This document shows, piece after piece, positions 1 to 10,304 of a DNA stretch of 64,000 bases. The DNA is from an uncultured Lishizhenia sp. (GTDB taxonomy: Bacteria > Bacteroidota > Bacteroidia > Flavobacteriales_D > Crocinitomicaceae): positions 3,448-67,447 of the forward strand of contig CAZINO010000001.1 in the NCBI GenBank assembly GCA_964540625.1, read 5' to 3'. How positions within the stretch are numbered: the stretch's first letter is position 1; each line of letters begins with the position of its first letter. Under the pieces are notes generated by a model, which saw only the letters and a program-made list of their open reading frames with translations, ran no database searches and was not told the origin of the DNA. Made by a program: the position numbers and the translations under genes.

Positions 1-751
1 CTTGTTGCCCCTGATGGTAGACGCTTGTGTAATCAGTGGTTTTGACCCAACAGCGCACTTTAATTTCGAGCGAAGACGTGGTAAGCTGCTGTACACCAAT
101 AAATGGTTCTGGCTTATTCTGAATACGCTTATCTTCAGATAATAGCGCTGAGAACGTATGCTGAATCCGCGCTATATCTACATCCTGTTCAAAATGAAAA
201 ATCCAAGTAATACATCTTGTTTTTTCTTTTGTATAATTAATGATGGTACCGTTGGCTAATGGTCCGTTCGGAAAAATCAATGTTTTGTTATCGGCAGTCC
301 GGAGGTAAGTATTGAAAATTTGGATTTCGGATACCACACCTTGATTTCCACTTGCTTGAATTTCATCTCCAACTTTGAATGGTTTGAGCACTAAAATCAT
401 AATGCCCCCAGCAAAATTAGATAAGGTGCCCGAAAAGGCCATACCGATGGCAATACCTGCAGCTCCTAAGAGTGTTAAAAAAGAGGTCATTTCAACGCCA
501 AGTTGCGTTATCGCTGAAATGGCAACCATGATTTTAAGCGCTAAAGACAGAAAGCTTGTCAGAAACGAAACCAAACCTGGATCTGTATCGCTTTTGCGTA
601 GCATCCGGTTGACAAAACGCGTGAGCACTCCGGTTAACCAAAAACCAACAACGGCTATGATAAGGGCCAAAATAATATTGGTGAGGAAGCCAAAAACAAT
701 TTTCCCAAAATCACCACTCTTGAGTTCAAAAAGCGAATCTATAAAATGCAT
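1..751 (-). CDS. Mechanosensitive ion channel family protein (MscS-like); C-terminus cut by the window edge
   Basis: Absent from the ORF track because it runs off the window. My translation from the minus-strand ATG at 749-751 reads MHFIDSLFELKSGDFGKIVFGFLTNIILALIIAVVGFWL...GAAGIAIGMAFSGTLSNFAGGIMILVLKPFKVGDEIQASGNQGVVSEIQIFNTYLRTADNKTLIFPNGPLANGTIINY. This gives TM helices followed by an MscS beta-domain signature. Confidence 0.75.
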   Translation of the reverse strand, partial: MHFIDSLFELKSGDFGKIVFGFLTNIILALIIAVVGFWLTGVLTRFVNRMLRKSDTDPGLVSFLTSFLSLALKIMVAISAITQLGVEMTSFLTLLGAAGIAIGMAFSGTLSNFAGGIMILVLKPFKVGDEIQASGNQGVVSEIQIFNTYLRTADNKTLIFPNGPLANGTIINYTKEKTRCITWIFHFEQDVDIARIQHTFSALLSEDKRIQNKPEPFIGVQQLTTSSLEIKVRCWVKTTDYTSVYHQGQQ

Positions 752-778
752 GTTGTAATTTTAGGTACAAAAATAGAA

Positions 779-1387
779 ATGTTTGCCGAGTACGAAAATT
801 CAGAGAAAATAGACCTCATCTCTACTGATGGCAGGGTCGTTTATTACCCGAAATTTTTAACCGATGCGCAAAGTAAAAGATTAATGCAGCACATCATGTC
901 TGAAGCGCTGCTGGAACAAAATGAAATTACCTTGTTTGGCAAGAAAATAAAAGTCCCTCGATTAGAGGCCTATTTTGCAATGAATGGCGAACAGTACGGT
1001 TATTCTGGTCAGACATTGACCGTTCATGCATTTCCGAGTTATCTAGATGAATTAAGACAAAAGGTCCAAAAACTTACCGGTCATCAGTACAACGCCCTTT
1101 TGATCAATTATTACCGAGACGGGCAAGATTCAAATGGTTGGCATGCCGATGACGAAAAAGCACTAGGAACCAATCCGAGCATTGCCTCATTAAGCCTAGG
1201 CGCCGCGAGACCCTTTGAATTCAAACATAAATTCAACGGATCTCGAAAAAAAATCGTTTTGGCTAACGGAAGTTTATTACTCATGGATGGTCCAGTTCAG
1301 CATTATTACAAACACCAACTTCCAAAAGTGAAAGAACACATTGAGGCACGCATCAATTTAACTTTTCGATGGGTACTTCCGCACTAA
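779..1387 (+). CDS. alkB: Fe(II)/2-oxoglutarate-dependent dioxygenase, AlkB-like DNA/RNA repair
   Basis: ORF 746..1387 carries NYYRDGQDSNGWHADDE ... HQLPK ... RINLTFR, the HxD...H...R core of AlkB. Start set at the second ATG (779, MFAEYENSE); ATG 746 is the alternative. Confidence 0.8.
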   Translation: MFAEYENSEKIDLISTDGRVVYYPKFLTDAQSKRLMQHIMSEALLEQNEITLFGKKIKVPRLEAYFAMNGEQYGYSGQTLTVHAFPSYLDELRQKVQKLTGHQYNALLINYYRDGQDSNGWHADDEKALGTNPSIASLSLGAARPFEFKHKFNGSRKKIVLANGSLLLMDGPVQHYYKHQLPKVKEHIEARINLTFRWVLPH

Positions 1388-1406
1388 AATCTATACCTTT
1401 GACACC

Positions 1407-2441
1407 ATGAAGCCCCAAGATTACATGCAGCGCTGCTTGGACCTAGCTCAACTCGGGCAAGGAGCAGTTGCACCCAACCCAATGGTAGGCTGCGTAATTG
1501 TAAAGGATGGACTCATTATTGGCGAAGGATACCACGCTTATTTTGGGGGTCCGCATGCTGAAGTAAATGCCATTTCGTCGGTTAAAAATCCAGAGGCGCT
1601 TAAAGGAGCGACTGTTTACGTCAGCCTAGAACCCTGTGCACACTTTGGAAAAACACCACCATGTAGCAACCTACTCATTGAAAAGCAAGTAGCAAAAGTT
1701 GTAGTCGCATGTAAAGACCCCAATCCGAAAGTGGCCGGTAAAGGTATTGAACGCCTCCAAAAAGCCGGCTTGGAAATTGAAGTTGGGCTTTTAGAAACAG
1801 CTGCCAAACAACTCAATAAGCGTTTTTTCTGTTACCATGAGAAACAGCGCCCACATGTGGTACTCAAATGGGCGCAAACCAAAGATGGTTTTTTAGACCG
1901 TTTACGCGATAAGAATCAAAAAGGGATCAACTGGATTTCCTCAGAAGAATCGCGTTCACTTGTTCACCATTGGCGCAGTCAAGAAATGAGCATTCTCGTG
2001 GGCAAACACACCGCGATCAACGACAACCCCTCACTTACTGTACGCGATATCAGTGGGCAAAATCCAATCAGAATTCTAATCGACAGCCAGCTTCAAGTTC
2101 AAAACAACATCAGTTTGTTCTCTACCGATGCGCCCACACTCATTTTCAATCGGCTAAAAAATGAGAAGAAAGATGGAATCGAATGGGTTAAAATCGCAGA
2201 GACCAACACAAAAAATATACTAGAAGAACTGTATAAACGCGGCATTCACTCCGTTATGGTAGAAGGCGGAAGCAGGACACTACAGTATTTTATCATCGAT
2301 AATGTTTGGGACGAAGCCTACGTTTTGGTAGGTGACCTCGTTTTTGGAGAAGGTGTGAAAGCACCTGTTCTCAATCGGGTACCAACACATGCGCATGCCT
2401 TTGGTACAGATCAAATTTATTATTTTAAAAGACGCTCGTGA
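1407..2441 (+). CDS. ribD: Bifunctional riboflavin biosynthesis protein RibD (pyrimidine deaminase / uracil reductase)
   Basis: Deaminase motif HAEVNAI...SLEPCAHFGKTPPC, followed by a reductase half (KWAQTKDGF...MVEGGSRTLQ). 344 aa, ATG start verified. Confidence 0.9.
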   Translation: MKPQDYMQRCLDLAQLGQGAVAPNPMVGCVIVKDGLIIGEGYHAYFGGPHAEVNAISSVKNPEALKGATVYVSLEPCAHFGKTPPCSNLLIEKQVAKVVVACKDPNPKVAGKGIERLQKAGLEIEVGLLETAAKQLNKRFFCYHEKQRPHVVLKWAQTKDGFLDRLRDKNQKGINWISSEESRSLVHHWRSQEMSILVGKHTAINDNPSLTVRDISGQNPIRILIDSQLQVQNNISLFSTDAPTLIFNRLKNEKKDGIEWVKIAETNTKNILEELYKRGIHSVMVEGGSRTLQYFIIDNVWDEAYVLVGDLVFGEGVKAPVLNRVPTHAHAFGTDQIYYFKRRS

Positions 2442-3088
2442 AAACTATTTTATTGCTTTGTATAGCTATTAGCTCCTTTTTTCAATTGCAAGCGCAAAGC
2501 TACCAACTAGCTGTGCTGAAATACAATGGTGGCGGCGATTACTATGCCAACCCAACGGCTTTACCCAACCTCATAAAGTTTTGCAACACTGAACTTGGAA
2601 TGAATATCGCTAAAGAAGTACCTTATGTTGCAGTGGGAAGTCCAGATATTTTTGAATATCCATTTTTACACATGACCGGTCATGGCAATGTCGTGTTTTC
2701 GAAGGCAGAAGCCCAAAACCTAAGAAACTATTTATTAGCTGGTGGCTTCTTGCACATCGATGACAACTATGGCATGGATGGATTTGTGCGTGCTGAGCTC
2801 AAAAAAGTATTTCCTGAGGCTACACTCACTGAACTACCGTCTTCACACCCGATTTTTAAAGAGCGCTATAACTTTACCAATGGCTTGCCAAAGATCCACG
2901 AACACGACGGAAAACAAGCCCAGGCTTTTGGAATAGTAATTGAAGGACGTTTGGTTTGCTTGTATACCTACGAAACCGATTTATCTGATGGCTGGGAAGA
3001 CCCACAAGTTCACAATGACCCACCAGAAAAAAGGCGCCAAGCTTTGCAGATGGGCGCCAATATTTTAAGTTATGCGTTCTCAAATTAA
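2438..3088 (+). CDS. DUF4159 domain-containing secreted protein
   Basis: Signal peptide, then [22 protein letters not shown]...[13 protein letters not shown]...[11 protein letters not shown], which is typical of the DUF4159 family. GTG start overlaps the ribD stop (GTGA). Confidence 0.7.
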   Translation: MKTILLLCIAISSFFQLQAQSYQLAVLKYNGGGDYYANPTALPNLIKFCNTELGMNIAKEVPYVAVGSPDIFEYPFLHMTGHGNVVFSKAEAQNLRNYLLAGGFLHIDDNYGMDGFVRAELKKVFPEATLTELPSSHPIFKERYNFTNGLPKIHEHDGKQAQAFGIVIEGRLVCLYTYETDLSDGWEDPQVHNDPPEKRRQALQMGANILSYAFSN

Positions 3089-4185
3089 TGCTGATGACCG
3101 TCGTGCTCACCATGAGGGTGATCATGTGCAGCCTCAGTAACTGAAAGCAATTCGATTTCAAAAACCAAGTCGGAGTAAGCCGGAATGGCACCCGGACGGC
3201 CCTGTTTGCCATAGGCATTATAGTAAGGAATGATAAGCAGGATTTTACCGCCTTCTTTAATGTAGGTAATCCCTTCTTCAAAACCGGGAATCATACGTTG
3301 CACTTTGTATTCAAACTCAAGCGGCATGTTGCGGTCTTTGGAAGAATCGAATTTTTTACCGCCACGACGCAAGGTTCCGGTATAGTGTAAACTTACTTTT
3401 TTACCTTCTTTGACTTCAGCTCCCTTACCGTTTTCAACAATGACATAAACCAACCCTGTTGGACTTTGAACCGCATTGGGGTAAGTCTTTTTTACCTCGT
3501 TAAACATATAGGCTTTGTAGTCTTCTTGGGAAAGCGCTGCAATTTTTGCAATTTCAGCTTGCTCTGCAGCATCTTGTGCTTTTTTGGTCAAATACACTTG
3601 ATCAAATGCTGCTTGCGCGTTCCATTTTTGGGCCTCACTTCCGATTCTAATGATTTCCACTTTGCGCATTGTGTCGTTTTGAGCAATCGCGTTAACGACA
3701 TCTTGCCCTTGTGTAACATGACCAAAAACGGTGTGCTTACCATCGAGCCAAGGTGTTTCTTTGTGGGTTATAAAAAACTGAGAGCCGTTGGTATTTGGAC
3801 CTGAATTGGCCATAGATAAAATGCCAGGCCCAGTATGTTTGAGTGTAGGGTCGATTTCATCATAGAACTTATAACCAGGATCACCGGTTCCGTTACCTAA
3901 TGGGTCACCACCTTGGATCATGAAATCAGCAATCACGCGGTGAAAAACCAAACCATCAAAAAAGGGCTTATCAATTGTGATGTTGTCAACTTTTAGGTTT
4001 CCTTCAGCCAAGCCCACAAAGTTACCGACCGTCATGGGCGCTTTTTGGTATTCAAGTTGGCATACAATAACGCCTTTATTCGTCGTAAAACGTGCGTAAA
4101 TTCCATTTGCTGGTTCTGAGGCATGCTGTGCAAGGCCTAGTGCTGAAAAAGAAAGGAACAATAAGGATAATAGCGATTTTTTCAT
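3085..4185 (-). CDS. Dual-family peptidyl-prolyl isomerase: N-terminal cyclophilin domain + C-terminal FKBP domain + His-rich tail, with signal peptide
   Basis: Cyclophilin motifs [15 protein letters not shown] and GSQFFIT...[13 protein letters not shown] motifs [15 protein letters not shown] and IPGFEEG...IPYYNAYG. Tail [15 protein letters not shown]. Start moved to ATG 4185 ([10 protein letters not shown] signal peptide). Confidence 0.85.
   Translation of the reverse strand: MKKSLLSLLFLSFSALGLAQHASEPANGIYARFTTNKGVIVCQLEYQKAPMTVGNFVGLAEGNLKVDNITIDKPFFDGLVFHRVIADFMIQGGDPLGNGTGDPGYKFYDEIDPTLKHTGPGILSMANSGPNTNGSQFFITHKETPWLDGKHTVFGHVTQGQDVVNAIAQNDTMRKVEIIRIGSEAQKWNAQAAFDQVYLTKKAQDAAEQAEIAKIAALSQEDYKAYMFNEVKKTYPNAVQSPTGLVYVIVENGKGAEVKEGKKVSLHYTGTLRRGGKKFDSSKDRNMPLEFEYKVQRMIPGFEEGITYIKEGGKILLIIPYYNAYGKQGRPGAIPAYSDLVFEIELLSVTEAAHDHPHGEHDGHQH
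3088..3135 (-). other. His-rich C-terminal tail (7 His in 16 aa) of the dual PPIase
   Basis: Translated tail [16 protein letters not shown], immediately before the stop codon. Confidence 0.8.
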
Positions 4186-4189
4186 GGCT

Positions 4190-4906
4190 TTATTTTTCAA
4201 TATCAAGTAATTCAACTTCAAAAATAAGAACAGAATAAGGTGGTATGAGTTCTGTTGGAGATCCTGGTCCGTAGGCTAATTGCTGCGGAATATAAAATCG
4301 GTACTTGGAGCCAACACTCATGAGTTGTACGCCTTCGGTCCAGCCAGGTATAACGGCATTTAATGGGAAAGAAATCGGCTCTTTGCGTTCTACTGAGCTG
4401 TCAAATACTTGGCCGTCTATGTTTGTACCTGTATAATGAACTTTTACCGTTGAACTGGCAGTTGGTTTACTCCCTCGGCCTTTTTTAAGAACTTCATATT
4501 GCAAACCACTGGCAGTAGTTTGAATTTCTTTGCGCTTGGCGTTTTCTAAAAGAAATGCCTCCCCTTTTTCGCGATTGATACGACCAGCCTCTTTTTCTGC
4601 AGCTAAAGCTTCTTCGTTTACGGCTTGTTCAGCTTGCTGAATAGCTTGCATTTTCTCTTGAAAATAGGACATGACACATTGGTTAGTAGGGTCTTGAATC
4701 AGACCCGGACGCTGCATCATGGCGTCGCTGATGCCTTGAAGCAACAAAGACACATTGGCCTCGGGAAAATCTTTTAGGACGCTCTGAGCGATGTTTTGAC
4801 CAGCAAGATAACTAACTGAATCAATTCTGCTTTTTACTTGAGCATCTTGCGCCTGGGCAGATAGGGCTAAACTCCCAAAGAGGAGAAAATAAATTGGTTT
4901 TTTCAT
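4190..4906 (-). CDS. FKBP-type peptidyl-prolyl isomerase (FkpA/Mip-like, secreted)
   Basis: N-terminal helical dimerisation-like region plus FKBP core [18 protein letters not shown]...IPGWTEG...IPQQLAYG. Start at ATG 4906 ([19 protein letters not shown]). Confidence 0.85.
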   Translation of the reverse strand: MKKPIYFLLFGSLALSAQAQDAQVKSRIDSVSYLAGQNIAQSVLKDFPEANVSLLLQGISDAMMQRPGLIQDPTNQCVMSYFQEKMQAIQQAEQAVNEEALAAEKEAGRINREKGEAFLLENAKRKEIQTTASGLQYEVLKKGRGSKPTASSTVKVHYTGTNIDGQVFDSSVERKEPISFPLNAVIPGWTEGVQLMSVGSKYRFYIPQQLAYGPGSPTELIPPYSVLIFEVELLDIEK

Positions 4907-4908
4907 AA

Positions 4909-5796
4909 TTAAAGTTCGTTGCGGGTATCTGAGCCCCATAACATTTTGTTTCGGATGGTGTCTAAAAAATTGTTGTCTTCAAATTTAACAACATTGATCA
5001 TAAATTCTGCTTTGGTAATCGTGACTTTTTCGCCTTGCTTGATGTGCTGTGAGTGGCCATCCAGCGAAAGCAAATAACTGCGGTCGCGGCCTTCAACTTC
5101 TAATGAAATGGGCATGTGATCAGGGACAACAACAGGCCTTACGTTGAGATTATGAGGTGCAATTGGCGTTAGGATATGGACTTGGCAGCCAGGTGTAATA
5201 ATTGGCCCACCGCAGCTTAGGCTGTATGCAGTAGAGCCTGTTGGTGTACCAACAATTAGGCCATCAGCCCAATACGTATTGAGAAATTTCTCGCCGAGGT
5301 ATGCGTGTACCTTGATCATGGACGAGGTATCTTTCTTTTGTAGGGTAAGCTCGTTGAGCGCAAAATTTTCGTCTCCGAAAAGTTCGTTTTCGGTATGTAC
5401 ACGCAACAGCGATCTTTTCTGAAATTCGTAATGACCCGCTGCAAATCGATCTAAGGTTTGACTGATTTGATCTTTGGATAAATTGGAGAGGAAACCCAAA
5501 CGCCCGGTGTTGATTCCGAGAATTGGAACATTCGAATCACGTACAAATGAAACGGCTTTCAGAAAAGTACCGTCACCGCCAACGCTAATCATGAGGTCAA
5601 CGTTTGATTTGAGGTCCTTGTGGGACTCAAAAACAGCAAACGATTGAGGCCACTGAAACTTATTTTGTAGTTGCAGTGCCAATTCGGTTTCCAATAGTGG
5701 TTGCCAACCCAGCTGGACGATACCGCTAAGGAGTGCTTCAAAAACGGGTACATCTGCCTTTGAAACTTTTTTGGCGTAAATAGCAATTTGTTTCAT
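4909..5796 (-). CDS. nadK: NAD+ kinase
   Basis: Motifs GGDGTFL, NTGRLGFL and TPTGSTAYSLSCGGPI. 295 aa. Confidence 0.9.
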   Translation of the reverse strand: MKQIAIYAKKVSKADVPVFEALLSGIVQLGWQPLLETELALQLQNKFQWPQSFAVFESHKDLKSNVDLMISVGGDGTFLKAVSFVRDSNVPILGINTGRLGFLSNLSKDQISQTLDRFAAGHYEFQKRSLLRVHTENELFGDENFALNELTLQKKDTSSMIKVHAYLGEKFLNTYWADGLIVGTPTGSTAYSLSCGGPIITPGCQVHILTPIAPHNLNVRPVVVPDHMPISLEVEGRDRSYLLSLDGHSQHIKQGEKVTITKAEFMINVVKFEDNNFLDTIRNKMLWGSDTRNEL

Positions 5797-6458
5797 TACA
5801 TGCTCAGATAATGCATGAGTTCTTGGTAGCGCTCCTGAAGTTCATTAGGCTGTTGGGTATTGTCAAAACTGGCGAGCACTTGGTAATCATAGCGCTCAAA
5901 GGTACGGATAATTGCGCGTAGGTTTTGCTGATTGATACGCAAGTTGACTTGTATTTTTGTGCTGTCAGGTAGATAGGTAACAAACAAGTTTAGAATCTTA
6001 GCTTGGTTGCTCTCCACAATTTGCGCAATTTGGGCTAAGGTATAGTCGTTGGCATTCATTTCCAAAACCAACACCGAACCGGTTTCGTGGAGCCCTCCGG
6101 TTTCTGCCAAAAGTTGCAACAACTCTTGTGCGCTGATTACGCCCAAAAACTGTTCTTGGCGGTCTAAAACAGGAAGTACTGTCAGTTTAAATAATGCAAA
6201 ATGCTGCAAGAGATCAAATAAATGTGCATCGGCATAAGCAAACGGACGAGGCAAGTGCTGAAAAAGCTCGTCAAGCGTTGGTTCTAAGGTTGTTTGATCG
6301 AGTAATTCCGATTCAGAGATAAGTCCGACAAAGTTGCCATTTTTGAGGACGGGCAAGTGATTCACTTGAAATTCGTCCATCCAAAAAAGCGCTTTTTCGC
6401 CAGAATCTGAGTGCAGAAGCGGCGGTATTTTTTCGGAGAGAATGGTTGAAGCGCGCAT
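5796..6458 (-). CDS. CBS domain-containing protein
   Basis: Two CBS-like segments (LPVLKNGNFVGLISESELL; LPVLDRQEQFLGVISAQELL). The stop overlaps the nadK start by 1 nt (TAATG). Confidence 0.7.
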   Translation of the reverse strand: MRASTILSEKIPPLLHSDSGEKALFWMDEFQVNHLPVLKNGNFVGLISESELLDQTTLEPTLDELFQHLPRPFAYADAHLFDLLQHFALFKLTVLPVLDRQEQFLGVISAQELLQLLAETGGLHETGSVLVLEMNANDYTLAQIAQIVESNQAKILNLFVTYLPDSTKIQVNLRINQQNLRAIIRTFERYDYQVLASFDNTQQPNELQERYQELMHYLSM

Positions 6459-6494
6459 AGTGGGTGCAAAATACTAAAATCCTTGAATGTTTTG

Positions 6495-6502
6495 TACTTT
6501 TG
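6495..6502 (+). promoter_or_regulatory. Bacteroidota sigma-A -7 box (TACTTTTG) upstream of pdxJ
   Basis: Matches the TAnnTTTG consensus, 18 nt upstream of ATG 6521. Confidence 0.4.
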
Positions 6503-6520
6503 CAACTCAATTATTGTGCC

Positions 6521-7243
6521 ATGACCAGACTCAGCGTGAATATCAATAAAATAGCGACCCTTCGCAATGCACGCGGTGGCCAAACACCTAATGTGGTTCA
6601 ATTTGCTATTGATGCCGAGCGCTTTGGCGCACAAGGCATTACCGTTCATCCGCGTCCGGACCAGCGGCATATCACTACACAAGATTGTTTTGACCTCGCA
6701 AAGGTAGTCACAACAGAGTTCAACATAGAAGGTTATCCCGACGAACGCTATTTGCAACTCATTGCAGCGCTCAGACCCGCTCAAGCTACACTCGTACCTG
6801 ACCCGCCAGGTGTGCTGACCTCTAATGCTGGTTGGAATTGCATCGAACAGACAAAATTCCTTCAACCCATCATTGCGCAAATAAAGGCTATGGGTGTTCG
6901 GGTTTCGTTGTTTATGGAAACAGACCTCGAACAAATTAGCTGCGCAGCTCAAATAGGCGCTGACCGCATTGAACTTTACACAGGTCCATATGCAGAAAAT
7001 TACAATGAAAACCCAGAGCAAGCTGTAGCGCAATACACAGCAGCAGCCCAGCACGCACATCAACTTGGATTAGGTATTAATGCCGGTCACGACCTCAACC
7101 TTGATAATTTAGCTTTTCTTAAAAAATCATTGGTGGGCCTAGATGAAGTCTCTATTGGCCACGCGCTCATTTCAGATGCGCTTTATCTAGGCATTGAAAA
7201 TACCATACAGCGCTACCTTTATGAATTACGCGAAGGGGCCTGA
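6521..7243 (+). CDS. pdxJ: Pyridoxine 5'-phosphate synthase
   Basis: [16 protein letters not shown]...[12 protein letters not shown]...EGYP...NAGHDLN. Start set at internal ATG 6521 (MTRLSVN). Confidence 0.9.
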   Translation: MTRLSVNINKIATLRNARGGQTPNVVQFAIDAERFGAQGITVHPRPDQRHITTQDCFDLAKVVTTEFNIEGYPDERYLQLIAALRPAQATLVPDPPGVLTSNAGWNCIEQTKFLQPIIAQIKAMGVRVSLFMETDLEQISCAAQIGADRIELYTGPYAENYNENPEQAVAQYTAAAQHAHQLGLGINAGHDLNLDNLAFLKKSLVGLDEVSIGHALISDALYLGIENTIQRYLYELREGA

Positions 7244-8343
7244 TGTATGACACGCTGAGGATAAGGTATTTCTACGTTATAGGCACGGAACAAACGGTCG
7301 ATTTCTAACCTGATCTCGGATTTATAATTGTTGATATCCCAGCTTTGATCGGCCCAAAAAATGAGTTCTAATTCAAGGCCTGAATCGCCAAAATCAGATA
7401 GACGCATGACGACAGGTTGGTTTTTCTTCACTTTAGGATGCGCCAAAGCCGCTTGCTTGAGTAAGCGCTCAATGAGTAATAAATCCGAACCATAAGCGAC
7501 CGAAAGTTTGATGGAAAACCGAGTCAGTTCTGAGCCATGACTCCAGTTTTCAATGCGGTCTTGGGTCAAATGGGTGTTTGGAATGATCAGGACATTGCCC
7601 TCTCGGGTTTGAATTTGAGTGGTGCGCACATTGATCTTGACAATTTTAGCGACCATGACCTCGTTGTTCTGTCCGGTAATTTTAGATTTACCTGCTATTT
7701 CGACGATGTCACCAACCCTGAGATTCCCCTCAAAAAGCAGCACAATACCGGCAATCATGTCTTTGAATACATCTTGTAAACCCAAACCTAAACCCACCAA
7801 AAGCCCAACCGAACTGGTGAGCAGAATCATGAGGTCAATACCAAGCAAGCGAAAACTCAACAAGATAGAGGTGACGTAAATGATGTATTTGGCGATTTGA
7901 TTATAGACGAACTCGGTGCCGGTGTCAAAGTGTTGGCTTCCCTTAAAGCGGCGCGCAAAATAGAGTCTAGTTAAGTTAACAGTTATTTTGGCACCGAAGA
8001 AGACGGAAACAACTATTAAGATATCGGCAAAATCTATTTTAAATCGGTCAAAAGAAAGTAACTTGAATTGCAAAAAATCCTGAAAAGTAACATGGCCGTT
8101 GTTGTACCGAAAACTGAGCACCGCCACATAAATAGCTACTAAATAGACACTTTGACTCACGAGTTTAAGACGCGCCATTTGCTTGGCCTCTAGCTGTAAA
8201 TTGGCGCTGCGTACGTAACCCTTAAGTGCTTTATGAACCAAGCGCCTAAGTATAGCTGCAACTAAAAAAATGAGCAGTAAAAATATCAGGTTCCAAAAAC
8301 AAATTTTGTAAGGGCCGATGTAAAAAAGGGTTTCTGCTAACAT
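7219..8343 (-). CDS. Mechanosensitive ion channel family protein (MscS-like)
   Basis: Several TM helices, then [11 protein letters not shown]...[31 protein letters not shown], the MscS beta domain. The track start at 8349 is TTG; I use ATG 8343. Confidence 0.8.
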   Translation of the reverse strand: MLAETLFYIGPYKICFWNLIFLLLIFLVAAILRRLVHKALKGYVRSANLQLEAKQMARLKLVSQSVYLVAIYVAVLSFRYNNGHVTFQDFLQFKLLSFDRFKIDFADILIVVSVFFGAKITVNLTRLYFARRFKGSQHFDTGTEFVYNQIAKYIIYVTSILLSFRLLGIDLMILLTSSVGLLVGLGLGLQDVFKDMIAGIVLLFEGNLRVGDIVEIAGKSKITGQNNEVMVAKIVKINVRTTQIQTREGNVLIIPNTHLTQDRIENWSHGSELTRFSIKLSVAYGSDLLLIERLLKQAALAHPKVKKNQPVVMRLSDFGDSGLELELIFWADQSWDINNYKSEIRLEIDRLFRAYNVEIPYPQRVIHQAPSRNS

Positions 8344-8345
8344 AC

Positions 8346-10304
8346 TCAACGAATTAGGGTTATGCCAATTTGTTGGGAAAGCAACATTTTAACTTTTTCC
8401 AAACTTACCAATTCAGAAAGTGCCAACAGAAGATCTTCTTCTTGCATTTGATTTTGTTCGATTTCTTTTCTGATATTGCCGATCTTTTGTTCGATAAAGG
8501 CCAATTTAAAGCGGTAAATTACTTGGACCACCGTTTGGTAGAGATCGTCAGCTTCGGTTTTGGTTTGAATTTTATAACGGGTTACCCAGTTGTGACTCAG
8601 TGCCTGTTCTTGGGACTCGATATCCGCAACAAATGAAACAATTTGTTGATTGGAATGACGCAAAAAATAAGTCGCTTCGTATAGGGTGTTTTCTTCGGTT
8701 AAGCCACGCTCGAAAATGTTGTAAATTTCTTGATGAAGTTCATTTTCAAAATGCAGCTCATCTTTTTGCAGCTCGTTCACAATCAGATCAATGACGCTTA
8801 ATTCTTGTTGTGGTTGACCCGGCTCCTGAAAAACCAGCATTCGGGTACCGTATTGAATCAACATGCGGATGATCTCTGCTTCGTAAAGCGCAGTATCCGA
8901 GGAATGTTCGGTTGTTGCTGTTTGGGCCTGTTGACGCGGTGTGCTGGGCATCTCGAGTTCAGCGAGGGCCGGATCTTGGTAAGTTTTGGCAATATTATTT
9001 TTGCGAAGCTGAAACAATTCAGACTGAACAATGGCTTCGTCGATATCAAATTTTTGTGCTAATTGCTGCACATATACAGATCTGGTGATTTGATCTGGAA
9101 TCAAAGAAACAGAATGAACGATATCCTTGATGAGACCTGCCCTGACAATCGGGTCATTGGCGCCATCTGCCAACAATACACCTGCTTTAAACGAAATGAA
9201 ATCTTGCTTGTGGGTATTGATATAAGTGCTGAGTTCTGCTGTAGATCTTGATTTGGCGAAAGAATCGGGGTCTTCTCCATCCGGGAAAAGCACCACCTTG
9301 ACATTGAGGCCTTCTTCTAAAATGAGGTCAATACCTCTAAAGCTAGCCTTAATACCCGCTGCATCGCCGTCGTAGAGAATAGTTAAGTTTTTTGTGTAGC
9401 GGCTCACGAGCTTGACTTGCTCTTTGGTGAGCGATGTGCCTGAAGACGAAACCACATTTTGAATACCTGCCTGATGCATGCTGATGACGTCTGTGTAGCC
9501 TTCGCACAATAAACATTCGTCGTATTTAACGATGTCGCCTTTGGCAAAATAGAGCCCGTAGAGAATTTCACTCTTATTGTAGATGATGCTCTCCGGGGAG
9601 TTAAAGTACTTTGCGACTTTTTTGTCCGAGAGCAAGGTGCGACCACCAAAACCCAACACACGACCCGACACGCTATGAATCGGGAACATGACCCTGCCTT
9701 TGAAAAAATCAAAATAGCGGTCTTCTTTGGTTTTGGTAAGGCCTATAGCTTCAAGGTAGGCTTTGTTATAACCTTTCTCAAGTGCTAAATCGGAAAATGC
9801 AGCACCCGTGTTTAGACAGTAACCCAATTGGAATTTTTCAATGGTTGCTGTTGAAAAACCTCTTTCCTGAAAGTAAGAAAGGCCTATGGCTTTGCCTTCT
9901 TGAGAATGCAGTAGCATGTCTGAAAAGGTGTTTTTTGCAAATTCATTGATGATCAAAAAACTTTCTCTTTCGTTGAGTGCGGCTATTTCTTCGGCGGTTG
10001 CTTCGCGTTCTTCTGGCACTTCAATGTTGTAACGCTTTGCCAACCAACGAAGTGCTTCGGGATAGCTAAAATGTTCCTTCTCCATCAAAAAACTAGCCGC
10101 ATTCCCGCCTTTTCCGGTCGAAAAACACTTGAAAATTTGCTTGGCTGGTGATACGACAAAAGAAGGTGTTTTTTCATCGGTGAAAGGACTCAGCCCTTTG
10201 AGGTTTGACCCGGCTCTTTTCAATTGAACAAATTCCCCTATAACCTCCTCTATACGAGCAGTTTGTAAAATTTGATCAACGATATGAGGCGGAATTTTAC
10301 TCAT
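8346..10304 (-). CDS. dnaG: DNA primase
   Basis: Zn-finger region SPFTDEKTPSFVVSPAKQIFKCFSTGKGGN and TOPRIM motifs EGYTDV and YDGDAAG. 652 aa. Confidence 0.92.
   Translation of the reverse strand: MSKIPPHIVDQILQTARIEEVIGEFVQLKRAGSNLKGLSPFTDEKTPSFVVSPAKQIFKCFSTGKGGNAASFLMEKEHFSYPEALRWLAKRYNIEVPEEREATAEEIAALNERESFLIINEFAKNTFSDMLLHSQEGKAIGLSYFQERGFSTATIEKFQLGYCLNTGAAFSDLALEKGYNKAYLEAIGLTKTKEDRYFDFFKGRVMFPIHSVSGRVLGFGGRTLLSDKKVAKYFNSPESIIYNKSEILYGLYFAKGDIVKYDECLLCEGYTDVISMHQAGIQNVVSSSGTSLTKEQVKLVSRYTKNLTILYDGDAAGIKASFRGIDLILEEGLNVKVVLFPDGEDPDSFAKSRSTAELSTYINTHKQDFISFKAGVLLADGANDPIVRAGLIKDIVHSVSLIPDQITRSVYVQQLAQKFDIDEAIVQSELFQLRKNNIAKTYQDPALAELEMPSTPRQQAQTATTEHSSDTALYEAEIIRMLIQYGTRMLVFQEPGQPQQELSVIDLIVNELQKDELHFENELHQEIYNIFERGLTEENTLYEATYFLRHSNQQIVSFVADIESQEQALSHNWVTRYKIQTKTEADDLYQTVVQVIYRFKLAFIEQKIGNIRKEIEQNQMQEEDLLLALSELVSLEKVKMLLSQQIGITLIR

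Noticed and set aside
375-758. 127-aa plus-strand ORF from the track
   Set aside because: It lies entirely antisense to a clear MscS-family reading frame (minus strand, 1-751). Its translation is low-complexity (Pro/Lys/Ser/Ile-rich) with no recognisable motif.
6362-7063. 233-aa minus-strand ORF, Cys-rich
   Set aside because: Antisense to pdxJ, which has unmistakable family motifs. The Cys/Leu/Phe-rich composition is typical of a shadow frame.
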